From the sequence record OQ108497.1: a stretch of 64,000 bases of DNA; one strand, given 5' to 3'. This document shows positions 63,263-64,000 of the stretch, piece after piece. The DNA is from Escherichia phage EC_OE_11. The position numbers and the translations under genes are program-made. The notes beneath the pieces were generated by a model, which saw nothing but the letters and a program-made list of their open reading frames with translations, made no database searches and had not been told where the DNA came from. How positions within the stretch are numbered: position 1 is the first letter of the stretch; the number at the start of each line of letters is the position of its first letter.

Positions 63263-63999
63263 TATTCCCCCATAGATTTAAGAATATGTGCAATAACAGG
63301 TATAGTCCAACCATTGCCTAACATCTTATATGCTTGTGTGTTACTACTCACTTTAAAGTAATCATCTGGAACACCTTGTAAGCGGCAACACTCTTTAACC
63401 GTTAACTTTCTATAATGTACGCCTTCACTCAATTTTTCAAAGGCATCTAGATATCTTCCAGGTGGAATGTAAGCTAGTAGTACGTCTTTAGGCACAGTCG
63501 TGAGGCAACGAGTTTTTTCACTGTCCTGAACTTCCAAACAATGTACCAAACGATCAGTTTTAGATGTATTACGTTTGCCATTTTCATTAATTCTACGCCC
63601 ATATATTGCTGCCGGATAAAAAGCCAGTTGTCTGCGACTCTTTTCAAAATACTGTTCTATATTACCACCTTTGGCATAATTTGCATCTATGCAATAAGCC
63701 TTATCTCTGTCTACGATACTATCATCTTCAATGATATCTTGCAACACTTCATTGGTAATATCCCAAGGTTTTATTTCCCAATTGCACCAGTATAAACGTT
63801 GTCTATTCTGTGCCGTGAAATCTGCGGAGTTAATGAATACGGGATCAACACCTAAGTAACTTGTGATCACGTTTTCCCACTCCACCTTCATCTTAACGTT
63901 TTCAAGCATGAACTTAACATTAGGGTTAAACTTTTTAATATGTTCAAGAATTTCAACATATTCAAAGAACAGTTTTGATCGCGGGTCTTCAAAGTTCAA
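63262..63999 (-). CDS. DNA (cytosine-5)-methyltransferase, C-terminal part (5' end beyond window)
   Basis: Motif VI FMLENVKMK, motif VIII TAQNRQRLY, motif X MLGNGWTIPVIAHIL; motifs I and IV (PCQ) expected upstream. Confidence 0.7.
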   Translation of the reverse strand: MNFEDPRSKLFFEYVEILEHIKKFNPNVKFMLENVKMKVEWENVITSYLGVDPVFINSADFTAQNRQRLYWCNWEIKPWDITNEVLQDIIEDDSIVDRDKAYCIDANYAKGGNIEQYFEKSRRQLAFYPAAIYGRRINENGKRNTSKTDRLVHCLEVQDSEKTRCLTTVPKDVLLAYIPPGRYLDAFEKLSEGVHYRKLTVKECCRLQGVPDDYFKVSSNTQAYKMLGNGWTIPVIAHILKSMGE

Positions 64000-64000
64000 A

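Noticed and set aside
1-64000. Integrase, transposase, IS element or att site marking a prophage or mobile element boundary
   Set aside because: No recombinase or transposase motifs and no terminal inverted repeats typical of IS elements; the window looks like a virulent phage genome interior.

Overview
This window reads as a 64 kb slice of a large, AT-rich virulent dsDNA phage genome (strong AAGGAG-type Shine-Dalgarno sites, tight translational coupling, no integrase or transposase seen). All calls are from reading the sequence and motif recognition from memory; no database search was run. Layout: (i) 1-30.3 kb, minus-strand block with a T7-gp4-like primase-helicase, a glycosyltransferase cluster, a SleB-like wall hydrolase, a tellurite-resistance-like (Ter) module (TerD, vWA, TelA-like, TerC, PRTase, HAD), NrdG/NrdD, YqeY, MazG-like, UvrD-like helicase and many small unknown genes; (ii) a strand switch near 30.35 kb, then a plus-strand block with a second AAA+ ATPase paralog, a zinc-ribbon-repeat/GIY-YIG-like protein and a NADAR protein; (iii) 35.4-36.9 kb non-coding hub with 67-bp tandem repeats, Fur-box-like motifs and a GC-rich island; (iv) 36.8-45.9 kb array of at least 18 sigma70-like promoters, most followed by a conserved GC stem-loop, each driving one or a few small ORFs (PeSL-like); (v) 46.35-48.03 kb ORF-free AT-rich region with nested dyad symmetry and more Fur-box-like motifs; (vi) 48-60.7 kb densely packed small plus-strand genes including a 4-member paralog family; (vii) 60.8-64 kb minus-strand genes including a Sir2-like protein and a 5'-truncated C5-cytosine methyltransferase. 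The most interesting candidates are the phage-borne Ter-like module, the scattered macro/NADAR/Sir2 ADP-ribose-related genes, and the promoter-stem-loop array. Several ORF-track starts were moved to downstream ATGs with better SD sites, and about 20 sub-60-aa ORFs were added.
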